This document shows, one piece after another, positions 29,454-38,736 of a stretch of DNA of 64,000 nt. The stretch lies in the NCBI GenBank assembly GCA_032128875.1, contig JAVLKG010000006.1:32001-96000 (forward strand). Reading direction: 5' to 3'. The stretch's first letter is position 1. Each line of letters opens with the position of its first letter. Position numbers and translations under genes: made by a program. Origin of the DNA: Candidatus Melainabacteria bacterium 17Bon1m (GTDB taxonomy: Bacteria > Cyanobacteriota > Vampirovibrionia > Obscuribacterales > Obscuribacteraceae). Under the pieces are notes generated by a model. It was not told the DNA's origin and searched no databases. It was given only the letters and a program-made list of their open reading frames with translations.

Positions 29454-30209
29454 AGATGCTCTCGCCAACACCCGTCCTTTGAGTGATGCTAAGCCTCCAT
29501 CGATATTGATGACTTCGCCGGTCACCCAACTGCTTTGATCACTGATGAGCCATTCAATTGCAGGCGCTACATCTTCAGGGGTGCCGATTCTGCCCAAGGG
29601 ATGAAGCTGTGCAGAAGCCTCAAGCTGTGCTTGGCTATTCGTTATGCCTCGAGTCAGTTGTGTCGCTAGAAGACCTGGGCTGACGCAGTTGACCCTCAGA
29701 TTGTACCTGGCGTATGTGGCGGCAGCAGAACGCGTGAGAGAGGCGACGCCTCCTTTTGCAGCAGCAATGGCGTCATGGTTTGGCATGCCTGTGGATGCAA
29801 CGGCAGAGGCGACAAGCACAATGGAGCCACCCTTAGACATCATTGCTTTGGCTCCATACTTCACGCATGCAAAAGAAGAAGTGAGGTTTGTTTGTACAAC
29901 GGACATCCAGTCTTCTTCAGTAGTTGAATGGGCCGGTTTTAAGTGCAGTGAGCCGACTGCGTTAACGACCCCGTCTAGGCGCCCGGAAGTTAATTGAGCG
30001 TCTTCAAAGCAGGAAGCCATGCTCGCAAAATCTGTAGCATCACAGACAATATAGGGAGACTCGAGTTCGTCTGCCAATGATTCCAGACCAGCTCTGCTCC
30101 TTCCTGCCAGTATCAGCTTGTAATTGTGCGATGAAAGTAAGCGGCAGACTGAGCTTCCTAAGCCGCCGTTAGCACCGAGTACTAAAATGCATTTCTTTTC
30201 GTCGCTCAT
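29448..30209 (-). CDS. SDR family oxidoreductase (catalytic Tyr replaced)
   Basis: GANGGLG, NAVGSL, HDAIAAAKG, HPLGRIG, IDGG. Confidence 0.9.
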   Translation of the reverse strand: MSDEKKCILVLGANGGLGSSVCRLLSSHNYKLILAGRSRAGLESLADELESPYIVCDATDFASMASCFEDAQLTSGRLDGVVNAVGSLHLKPAHSTTEEDWMSVVQTNLTSSFACVKYGAKAMMSKGGSIVLVASAVASTGMPNHDAIAAAKGGVASLTRSAAATYARYNLRVNCVSPGLLATQLTRGITNSQAQLEASAQLHPLGRIGTPEDVAPAIEWLISDQSSWVTGEVINIDGGLASLKGRVLARASL

Positions 30210-30364
30210 GGTTTGTTCCTTGCACTGTTATAACCTTCAAGTTACATCTGTCGCGTGAACAGCGTTTGAACAACGTTTTGAGTAATATTTGAACACTTCC
30301 ATTACGTCTGCGAGTCTCAAATCGAGGTTCGCTACGATCATGTCGGGTGTCGTTTCTCGGAATG

Positions 30365-30826
30365 TTATTTACTCATTGAGTAATAGACTTTTGATGGTTT
30401 GAAACGTCTGGCAATCGGTATCAACTCCTCAATATCATTCTCAACCCGCCGAATCCTTTTGTCGTGGTTGTCTAATTTGTCTTCCATGAAATTCATCCAT
30501 GGATATATGCCTTTGGTCACTTCACTCATTATTTCGCTTAAGCTCGGCAAAGTTGCCACCACACTTTCAAGACTTTTGAAACGCTCATCCATCCTGTCAA
30601 AGCGCTCATCCATCCTGTCAAAGCGTTCGTCCACCTTCTCAAAACGTTCATCAATCTTGCGGAAGTTATATGCAGTTTCTTTCTTGTGAGAATCAAGGTT
30701 GAGGCTGAGCCTGTCAATTCGGTCATGAACTTCCGAAAATTGATATTTCATTGCGGATTCCAGGCTGTCAAAGCGAGTTTCGATTCTCGAAAATGTTGAA
30801 CGCATCTCTGTTTGGATTTGCCACAA
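30365..30826 (-). CDS. Heptad-repeat coiled-coil protein
   Basis: FRKIDER-FEKVDER-FDRMDER-FDRMDER; start uncertain. Confidence 0.75.
   Translation of the reverse strand: MWQIQTEMRSTFSRIETRFDSLESAMKYQFSEVHDRIDRLSLNLDSHKKETAYNFRKIDERFEKVDERFDRMDERFDRMDERFKSLESVVATLPSLSEIMSEVTKGIYPWMNFMEDKLDNHDKRIRRVENDIEELIPIARRFKPSKVYYSMSK
30579..30662. repeat. 21-bp tandem repeat x4 (coding)
   Basis: AAACGCTCATCCATCCTGTCA / AAGCGCTCATCCATCCTGTCA / AAGCGTTCGTCCACCTTCTCA / AAACGTTCATCAATCTTGCGG. Confidence 0.9.
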
Positions 30827-30929
30827 ACATGTACTGGATATAGCGATTTGCTAAAAACTGGATTGGAATGATTCTCCCTTTTTGAAAGGAGAATTGCTTT
30901 AAATTGCGGATATGATCCCGAAAGCTAGA

Positions 30930-31418
30930 TTACATCTGCGATTCGATGAGAGCAACTGCCTGGCAGGCGATTGCGAGCCCCTCGCCGATGGGTCCAATGC
31001 GTTCCATCGTCTTGCTCTTAATGCTGACTTGGTCCATCGAGATGCGCATTGCTTTGGAAAGATTTTGGCGCATTGCTTCGTAGTGCGGTGACATCTTTGG
31101 TGTTTCGCAAATGATGGTGGCGTCTACGTTTTGGATGCTGAACATTTTGCCGTCCAAAAGATCCGTAACGTGATTCAAGAAATCGATGCTGTTTGCATTC
31201 TTGTGTTTCTCGTCTCCGGGCGGAAAATGAACGCCGATGTCTCCCAAGCAAGCAGCGCCGAGCAGGGCATCGACAATTGCGTGGGTAAGTGCGTCACCGT
31301 CTGAGTGACCTTCCAGTCCTTTTTCGAATGGGATGGTGACGCCGCCCAAAACCAAGGGAGTTCCTTCCACAAGTCTGTGAATGTCGAATCCCGTTCCCAC
31401 TCGCATGTCTTCTGCCAT
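30930..31418 (-). CDS. ispF: 2-C-methyl-D-erythritol 2,4-cyclodiphosphate synthase
   Basis: RVGTGFDIH, GHSDGD, DALLGA, GDIGVHFP. Confidence 0.97.
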   Translation of the reverse strand: MAEDMRVGTGFDIHRLVEGTPLVLGGVTIPFEKGLEGHSDGDALTHAIVDALLGAACLGDIGVHFPPGDEKHKNANSIDFLNHVTDLLDGKMFSIQNVDATIICETPKMSPHYEAMRQNLSKAMRISMDQVSIKSKTMERIGPIGEGLAIACQAVALIESQM

Positions 31419-31445
31419 TGGCGTTTTCCTGCGTGAATGTGCGAA

Positions 31446-33299
31446 CTAGTCGCTAATTTCCATGATTACGTGGTCGGTTTCCACCGTGTCACCTTGCTTT
31501 GCGGTGACCGCAGAAATTTTACCTGCTTTAGGTGCCACCACTTCCGATTCCATTTTCATTGCTTCGAAAATGAGAAGCTTTTGGCCTTGAGTGACTGTTG
31601 CACCAAGTTCTACAAGCAGTTCTTTGACCACACCGTGCATAGGTGCTTTTACTTTGCCTGATCCGCTTCCGGCTTGGCTAGATGATTTGCTTGGACGTTC
31701 TAACGAGCGACCGGAAGTTTTTACCGGAGCTGCAGCCGTTCCGGCTCCAGCTCTTGTCACCGGTGCTCCTGGTGCTACTAGTTCGTGCACCGCCACTTTA
31801 TAGGATTTTTTGTCTACTTCTACTTCAAAGTTGTACGGTCCAACTTTCTCAGTGACGGCTGCTCCTGAGCCATTTTGGCTGGCTCCGTTTGCTGACGGAG
31901 CGGATGCTGTAGCGCCGGAAGTCACTGCCGCCGGTGCAGGCTTTGGTGCATTGGCGATGAAACCCTTCATGAATTCGGATTCTACATATGTGGTGTATGT
32001 GTCCGCGTTGACGAATTTCGGATCGTCGAGCTCTGCCAGGTGGAAAGGAATTGTTGTTGCCACTCCTTCAATTTTGAATTCGCTCAATGCGAGTTTCATT
32101 CTGTCGATAGCTTCTTTCCTATCGCGTCCCCAGACGACGAGTTTTGCAAGAAGCGAATCGTAGAAGGGAAGAATTTGGTAGCCGGTATAGCAGGCGCTAT
32201 CCACGCGAACCCACGGCATGCGAGGCTCGGCAAAGTTTTTCACTGTGCCTGGCGCCGGCATGAAATTCTTGTACGGATCTTCTGCGTTGATGCGGCACTC
32301 GATAGAATGCCCGCGGAAGAAAACTTCGTCTTGTTTGACGCTCAGCTTCTCACCGTTGGCGATGCGAATCTGCTCTTTGACGATGTCGATGCCGGTCACG
32401 TATTCAGTGACGGGGTGCTCGACTTGCACTCTTGTGTTGACTTCGAGGAAGTAAAACTCGTTGCCGGCAACCAAAAGTTCGAAAGTTCCAGCAGATGTGT
32501 AGCCCAGTGATTGAGCGCCTTTTACTGAGGCTGCAAGGAGTTTTTCTCTTACTTTCGGATCAAGTTTTGCTGCCGGTGATTCTTCGATGAGCTTTTGGTG
32601 GCGGCGCTGAGTTGAGCAATCGCGTTCGCCCAAGTGAATCACCGTGCCGTGTTCGTCGCCGAGGATTTGAACTTCAATGTGGCGTGGATGGTCGAGATAT
32701 TTTTCGACGTAGACTTCGCCGCTGCCGAAATAGGAGGCGCCTTCACGTTGCGCTGCGGTGAATGCGGCTTCCGCTTCAGCTTCGGTGCGAACCACTTTTA
32801 ATCCGCGTCCGCCGCCGCCTGCGCTTGCTTTGATGGCGATCGGGTAGCCGTACTTGGCTCCCAATTCTTTTACTTCTTCTGCTGAGTTGACCGGGTCTGT
32901 AGTCCCCGGAACCACAGGTACGCCGGCTGCTTCCATGGCGCGGCGCGATTCTACCTTGGAGCCCATGCGGTGAATGATATCCGGCTTCGGTCCGATGAAT
33001 TTGATACCGGCATCAGCACAATTTCTTGCAAATTCAGGGTTTTCTGAAAGGAAGCCGTAGCCTGGGTGGACGGCGTCGGCGCCGCATTTCTTGGCGATTT
33101 CTACGACTTGCGCGGCGTCCAGATATACCTTTTGCGGCTGTCCTTCTAATTGATAGGCTTCGTCGGCGAGGCTGACGTGACGGCTCAATTTGTCCGGTTC
33201 GGAGTAAATGGCGACTGTTTTTATGCCCATCTCCCGGCAAGCCGTGATGACGCGAACAGCAATTTCCGAACGGTTGGCAATTAGAACTTTCTTGATCAT
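31446..33299 (-). CDS. Biotin carboxylase fused to biotin carboxyl carrier domain (acyl-CoA carboxylase alpha subunit)
   Basis: KVLIANRSEIA, HPGYGFLSEN, GGGGRG, RHQK, EVNTRVQVEHPV; C-terminal EAMKM biotinylation site. Confidence 0.95.
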   Translation of the reverse strand: MIKKVLIANRSEIAVRVITACREMGIKTVAIYSEPDKLSRHVSLADEAYQLEGQPQKVYLDAAQVVEIAKKCGADAVHPGYGFLSENPEFARNCADAGIKFIGPKPDIIHRMGSKVESRRAMEAAGVPVVPGTTDPVNSAEEVKELGAKYGYPIAIKASAGGGGRGLKVVRTEAEAEAAFTAAQREGASYFGSGEVYVEKYLDHPRHIEVQILGDEHGTVIHLGERDCSTQRRHQKLIEESPAAKLDPKVREKLLAASVKGAQSLGYTSAGTFELLVAGNEFYFLEVNTRVQVEHPVTEYVTGIDIVKEQIRIANGEKLSVKQDEVFFRGHSIECRINAEDPYKNFMPAPGTVKNFAEPRMPWVRVDSACYTGYQILPFYDSLLAKLVVWGRDRKEAIDRMKLALSEFKIEGVATTIPFHLAELDDPKFVNADTYTTYVESEFMKGFIANAPKPAPAAVTSGATASAPSANGASQNGSGAAVTEKVGPYNFEVEVDKKSYKVAVHELVAPGAPVTRAGAGTAAAPVKTSGRSLERPSKSSSQAGSGSGKVKAPMHGVVKELLVELGATVTQGQKLLIFEAMKMESEVVAPKAGKISAVTAKQGDTVETDHVIMEISD

Positions 33300-33540
33300 G
33301 GCTTCAGGAGTTTCCTCAAGTGATGTCTGGAATTATCCGCAAGATATCTGGTGGGAATCAAACCCTACCAAATAATGAAGCGATAAGCCCAATTCGAAAT
33401 GTTCAATTTATGTCAAGGGAAATGTAGAGGTGCAGAAGTTGCCCGATCCTGACAGTTCACACACTGTTGGCGCTGTATTCTGGGCATTTTTGAGGATGGT
33501 ACGATCAGTCGTTATTCACGTTTTTGAGGGGGCAAAGGTA

Positions 33541-34416
33541 ATGGCAACCGGGTCCGGTATAACGACTGTTTTCATAGCCGGCAGTGGCTTCATGGGTACA
33601 GGCATCGCTTTTTTGATCGCAACCAGGACGAAGGCGAAAGTTTATATCTACGACATTTCCAAAGCCTCATTGCGTAAGGCTAACGAAACCCTCGAGAAGT
33701 ACGGCAGGACCTCGATTGACAAAAAGATCCTCGACCCGGAGGATGTCGCCGATGCGCTTAAACGCATCGTCTCCACTGAGCGCTTGCAAGATGCCGTCTA
33801 TTGCGACCTGGTCATCGAGGCGATTGCCGAAAATCTGGAAGTGAAGCAAGAGCTTTTCAAATCGCTCGATGAGATTTGCGACAAGAAGGCTATCTTCGCG
33901 TCAAACACCAGCTCTCTTTCTATCACTTCCATTGCGGCGGCAACAAAACGTTCTGATCGCGTGATGGGCATGCACTTCTTCTCGCCCGCACATGTGATGA
34001 AGCTTGTAGAGCTGATTCCTGGCTTCGACACTTCGGATGCCACCCTGCAGACCGTCACTCAGTTTGGCAATGAGTTGGGCAAAACTTTGATCCGCTCGAA
34101 AGATATGCCAGGCTTTATCACGACGCGATTGGGCCTTTGTTTGATCAATGAAGCCGCGTTCGCGCTGATGGAAGGGCTTTCCACGCCGGAAGATATCGAC
34201 CAGGGTATGAAACTCGGCTACAACCATCCTATGGGACCGCTCGAATTGGGTGATTTCGTTGGACTGGACATTGTTTTGCACGTTATGGAAGTGCTTCAAG
34301 AAGGCTTCGGCGATCCTAAGTATCGTCCTTGCCCGGTGATCAAACAGCTCGTAAACGCTGGACACCTTGGACGCAAAACCGGTCGCGGCTTCTATAAGTA
34401 CGAGGCCAAAAAGTAG
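33541..34416 (+). CDS. 3-hydroxybutyryl-CoA / 3-hydroxyacyl-CoA dehydrogenase
   Basis: [46 protein letters not shown]. Confidence 0.93.
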   Translation: MATGSGITTVFIAGSGFMGTGIAFLIATRTKAKVYIYDISKASLRKANETLEKYGRTSIDKKILDPEDVADALKRIVSTERLQDAVYCDLVIEAIAENLEVKQELFKSLDEICDKKAIFASNTSSLSITSIAAATKRSDRVMGMHFFSPAHVMKLVELIPGFDTSDATLQTVTQFGNELGKTLIRSKDMPGFITTRLGLCLINEAAFALMEGLSTPEDIDQGMKLGYNHPMGPLELGDFVGLDIVLHVMEVLQEGFGDPKYRPCPVIKQLVNAGHLGRKTGRGFYKYEAKK

Positions 34417-35654
34417 TGATACTTTTCTCCTTCTTGATGGCAAATACGGTCTTAATTTCCTGCTTGCTGGGAATGACCATCGCTTTCTATGCGCTTCTGC
34501 GCAGAGTGGAGAATTGCAAAATACCCGATCGCGATCTGCCGTTTATCTCGGTTGTGATTCCCGCTCGCAATGAAGAAGCGAAAATCGGACGGTGCCTGGA
34601 ATCAATGCTGGCACAGAATTATCCGAATTTCGAGATCGTCGTAATCGATGACAGATCAACCGACAAAACTGCAGAGATAATTGAAAGCTACGCTAGAAAA
34701 GATAATCGAATCAAATTGGTTCGCGGCAAAGATGCGCCAGACGGCTGGGTCGGCAAGTGCAATGCGCTGGCTTTTGCAGTTGGTTTTGCCTCAGGCGATT
34801 GGTACATTTTCACTGATGCGGATACGTGTCACCAGCCGAATTCGCTGCGTGATGCGATTGGTTATGCAATGACGAACAAAGTCGATTTGGTTTCGTTCGT
34901 TCCATTGCAAGAACTGGGAAGCTTCTTCGAGCGCATGGTGATGACTGTTCTGCTCTCATCTTTTGTGCTTGGTGATGCGTTTCACACAGTCAACGATCCT
35001 CTGGCAAAACGCGCTTATGCCTATGGACAGTACATCATATGCCGCCGACGTTCTTATCTTGCACTGGGCGGGCACCAGTCGGTGCGCGACACCATCGTTG
35101 AAGATCACGCTCTAGGGCGCGTTTTCAAAGAGAAGGGTTACAAGATTGCCGTTGCGGACGGGAAAAACCTTTATCGCGTGCGCATGTACATGGATTTGGA
35201 TTCGATGTGGCAAGGTTGGACAAAAAACCTCTATTCGCTTATCGATAGCAGTCCGGTGCATCTTCTGTGCATTTTGAGCAGCTTGAATATGACTGTGGTT
35301 ATGCCGTTTATCAATGTTCTGATTGTGGCATCACTCTGGAGCAGTCACCCTGCCGACCACTACACGCCCTTCTCTACTATGCTCGTCGCTTGCCAATTCT
35401 TGATGTTGATTGTTTGGTTCAGGCTGACGGGAGAGCATAGAACAGGCGTCAGTCCTTTCTATTTCCTGACCATGCCGTTGGGCGCTGCCTGCGTTACTAT
35501 GCTGCACCTCCATTCTGCTTATTTGGTTTTGTTTGGCAAGGAAGTGAGCTGGAAAGGGCGCCGCTACACTGTCAATACATCCAAGACAATCCGCTCTCAC
35601 AGGACAGGTCAAGAGACTCTGGAAAACGCGCTGTCGTCCGATTCTGGCGAGTAA
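34416..35654 (+). CDS. GT2 membrane glycosyltransferase (CruC/CrtQ/HpnB-like), paralog A
   Basis: IPARNEE, DDRSTD, GWVGK, FTDAD, GQY, VEDH, RMY...GWTKN, WKGR. Confidence 0.88.
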   Translation: MILFSFLMANTVLISCLLGMTIAFYALLRRVENCKIPDRDLPFISVVIPARNEEAKIGRCLESMLAQNYPNFEIVVIDDRSTDKTAEIIESYARKDNRIKLVRGKDAPDGWVGKCNALAFAVGFASGDWYIFTDADTCHQPNSLRDAIGYAMTNKVDLVSFVPLQELGSFFERMVMTVLLSSFVLGDAFHTVNDPLAKRAYAYGQYIICRRRSYLALGGHQSVRDTIVEDHALGRVFKEKGYKIAVADGKNLYRVRMYMDLDSMWQGWTKNLYSLIDSSPVHLLCILSSLNMTVVMPFINVLIVASLWSSHPADHYTPFSTMLVACQFLMLIVWFRLTGEHRTGVSPFYFLTMPLGAACVTMLHLHSAYLVLFGKEVSWKGRRYTVNTSKTIRSHRTGQETLENALSSDSGE

Positions 35655-35687
35655 AGTGCCTTTAGTGCTATCCTCTTTTGAGGAGCG

Positions 35688-36983
35688 TTGCTGTCGACGT
35701 TCCTATGGCGTCTGTACTTAGTAATAGGGCCGGGTTCTCTTTCGGAGCCCAATCATGAGCCAGCATCGACGTTGAGCCGTCCCATCCTAGTTGCTACTTC
35801 ATTTTGCCTGTGCTCGCTCGCCCTGGGTGCTCTTTTGTCTGAAGCACTGGCGGAGCCTGTCGCGTCCAGAATGCCTGGGCTTCAGGGCGAAAGTCATGAA
35901 AGTCTTTGGGAGCGCTACAACAAATTCGGCAAGAAGGCTCTCGATGTCGCGGACTACGGTCGCGCCAAATTGATGTTCGAATTAGCCTTGATAGAGGCGA
36001 AGAAAAATCCCGGCGAAGAGTCGCGCGGAGGAAGTGACCTTTCGCTGAAGATAGCGGCTGCGACTAATAATTTGGCGGAAGCTCACAGGCTGTCCGGCGA
36101 GTACAAAGAGGCAGAGATTCTGTTTAAAGAAGCGCTGGCGCTCAAAGAAAAGGCGCTGGGTGAAGAAAACATGTCCGTCGCCAACACTCTAAACAATCTA
36201 GCCGTGCTGTATCAGAACATGGCTAATTATTCCGAAGCGGAGAAGCTGTACAAGAAAGCTCTCGCCATAGAAGAGAAAGTTTCGTCGCAGGAGAATGCGC
36301 CGATCGCAACTAGCTTGAATAATCTCGGAGCGTTCTACGATCAGCAAGGTCGTTACGCAGAAGCTGAGGCGATGTATAAGCGTTCGCTGTCAATCAAAGA
36401 GCGCTTGCTTGGTCCATCGCATCGTGACACTGCTTCGTGCGTCAGTAATCTCGGTCTTCTCTACATGCACAAAAAAGAGTACGACAAAGCAGAGTCATAT
36501 TACAAACGCGCGTTGACTATTAGAGAAGCTACCCTCGGTCCTAATCATCCGCTTGTGGCGACAGAAATGTCTCACCTGGCAGAACTCTATCGCATTGAGA
36601 AAAAATACGATAAGGCTGAAGCACTGCTGGAGAAGGCTATGTTTTTATACGAGAAAAAGTTGGGCATCAACAATCTCGACGCTGCCATGTGCATGCTCAA
36701 TTTAGGTTGCCTTTACGGCGATGAAGGCAAATTCAAAAAAGCCGAACCGCTCTTTCGCAGAACACTCGGCGTGCGCGATCGCCTTCTCGGTCCTACTCAC
36801 CCTGAGACTCTCATTGCATTGAAAGACTATTCTGTAATTTTGAAAAAGCTCGGACGAGCGAAAGAAGCAAAAGATCTCGAAGCAAAATACAAGACTTTGA
36901 AAGATCAAAGCGACAAAGATGCCAAAACCGGCAAGCAAAAAGTTAAGCCTAAAGCACGTAATCTAGAGCGCAATTTAGATTGA
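35688..36983 (+). CDS. Tetratricopeptide repeat protein (42-aa, kinesin-light-chain-like repeats), probably exported
   Basis: Repeated A..LNNLA.LY...Y.EAE.LYK.AL.I.E..LG..H; hydrophobic N-terminal segment; start uncertain. Confidence 0.9.
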   Translation: MLSTFLWRLYLVIGPGSLSEPNHEPASTLSRPILVATSFCLCSLALGALLSEALAEPVASRMPGLQGESHESLWERYNKFGKKALDVADYGRAKLMFELALIEAKKNPGEESRGGSDLSLKIAAATNNLAEAHRLSGEYKEAEILFKEALALKEKALGEENMSVANTLNNLAVLYQNMANYSEAEKLYKKALAIEEKVSSQENAPIATSLNNLGAFYDQQGRYAEAEAMYKRSLSIKERLLGPSHRDTASCVSNLGLLYMHKKEYDKAESYYKRALTIREATLGPNHPLVATEMSHLAELYRIEKKYDKAEALLEKAMFLYEKKLGINNLDAAMCMLNLGCLYGDEGKFKKAEPLFRRTLGVRDRLLGPTHPETLIALKDYSVILKKLGRAKEAKDLEAKYKTLKDQSDKDAKTGKQKVKPKARNLERNLD

Positions 36984-37034
36984 ATTTTGGGTGGCGTCCT
37001 GAGTTGAGGAGCTCCGCTTTTATAGGTATAGCTT

Positions 37035-37064
37035 AGAAGTCTAACCGTTATCGGTTTAACTTCC
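37035..37064. repeat. Dispersed 30-bp palindrome, copy 2
   Basis: AGAAGTCTAACCG-TTAT-CGGTTTAACTTCC; 25/30 to the reverse complement of copy 1. Confidence 0.8.
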
Positions 37065-37116
37065 ATAGGATCTCGGCGCCCCAAAAATGGAGCATTGGCG
37101 CCACCGGATACGGTGA

Positions 37117-38364
37117 CTATTTTGCGAGTTCTTTGACGGGTGTTTCGTACACGCTCAAAGCTTCAACTGCTTCGCTTGGTTGAGGCTCGACTGTTTTATG
37201 CGAATTGACTCGGTACTGTCTGCCTTTCCAGGAAACGTTATTACCTGAAAGAACCAGATATGCAGAGCGCAGATAGATGGCTGTAACCATGACGCAGCCG
37301 AGAGGAAGAAGCAGGAAGTGATTCCAGTTGACCCCTACGTAAAACTGTTTTGTGCGGCCGTACCAGGCTGCCAGACCAATGAATTCAACTGCTACAAGAG
37401 GAGCTATGTACTGAAAAATGTGCGGAGGGTGGCCGCCGATGATGCCGGCAACTAGGATGCCTAAGTGCACAAAGGGGCTGATTACAGCACCGTTTATCAG
37501 CAAAAGTATCATTGCCAGATAGAGCAAATTGCACTCAATGAGAGCATAAGCGTTCTTCGTCCAGCCGAACCAGAGTGATTCGAGATCCTGATACATGCGC
37601 ACTCTATAAAGTTTGCAACCATCCACGGCCATAATGTGGAAGCCACTGCCTTTCACTCTCTGAGCCAACATGATGTCGTCCAAAATTTGGTCGTGTACGG
37701 CTCTGTGCGTGCCGATCGTGTCGTAAGCGTTGCGCGAGATGAGGATATATTGACCGTAGGCGTAAGCGCGTACGTGGTTAGGATCATTGACGCTGTTTAG
37801 CGGGTCGCCGGCTAAAAAAGAACCGAGCAATACAGGTGAAACTACCTGCTCCCAGAAGGTTCGTAGCTCTTGCAGGGGCATAAAGCTCACCATGTCGACT
37901 TTGTTGATGATTGCGTAGTCGACGGCGAATCGCAAAGAATGAGGTTCGTGGCAGGTGTCGGCATCGGCGAAAACCAGCCAACTGCCTTTGGCATGAGGGT
38001 AGGCTTGCACCAGTGCATTGCACTTTCCTATCCAGCCGGTGGGCGTTTCAGTGCCTTTTATAAATTTGATGTGTGGATGGCGTGAGGCAATCTCTTGAAT
38101 GATTTCACCGGTTTTGTCGGTGGAGCGGTCATCGATTATTACTATTTCGTAGTTTGGATAGTCTTGCTGGGCAAGTGATTCCAGGCACCGCGCAATTTTT
38201 GTTTCTTCATTGCGAGCCGGAATAATTACCGATACAAACGGTAATTGTTCTGCCGGAATGATGGGTGTGCGGATTCGCCGAAAACCAGAAAGAAAAACGT
38301 GCGTAAGCCCGGTCAGGCTTACGATCAACAGCGTCGTTAGAAAGACTATGGTGAAGATACTCAT
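37117..38364 (-). CDS. GT2 membrane glycosyltransferase (CruC/CrtQ/HpnB-like), paralog B
   Basis: IPARNEE, DDRSTD, GWIGK, FADAD, RAYAYGQY, GWTKN, VSWKGR. Confidence 0.88.
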   Translation of the reverse strand: MSIFTIVFLTTLLIVSLTGLTHVFLSGFRRIRTPIIPAEQLPFVSVIIPARNEETKIARCLESLAQQDYPNYEIVIIDDRSTDKTGEIIQEIASRHPHIKFIKGTETPTGWIGKCNALVQAYPHAKGSWLVFADADTCHEPHSLRFAVDYAIINKVDMVSFMPLQELRTFWEQVVSPVLLGSFLAGDPLNSVNDPNHVRAYAYGQYILISRNAYDTIGTHRAVHDQILDDIMLAQRVKGSGFHIMAVDGCKLYRVRMYQDLESLWFGWTKNAYALIECNLLYLAMILLLINGAVISPFVHLGILVAGIIGGHPPHIFQYIAPLVAVEFIGLAAWYGRTKQFYVGVNWNHFLLLPLGCVMVTAIYLRSAYLVLSGNNVSWKGRQYRVNSHKTVEPQPSEAVEALSVYETPVKELAK

Positions 38365-38736
38365 TGCTTTCTGATACCGCGCTTTTTAGTTCTGAAGTTT
38401 TGCCACTGCCGGCGATGATTTGCCATTAACGAGAGTAGAGAAGCTCCGAAACACTGATCGCCTGAGGGGACCGAGTCAGATACAGAATTCTGCCCATCGT
38501 ATCTGCAGAGAGATATTACCATTGGAAAGGCGCTTGCCACGTAGCCTGAAATTCTTTTGTACTGGCATCCTTTGCGTTTGGTAAATCGAATTTAATAGAC
38601 CGGAAGCCGAAACTGGCGTTGTTTCTTTGGGTTGTCAGTTGTTTAGACAAATGGAAGAATAAGCCTTGATACAATTTCACCGGTTATCCTAAGTAGTGAA
38701 TAGGCGACCTCTCAAAACAGGCGACAATCACACGTT

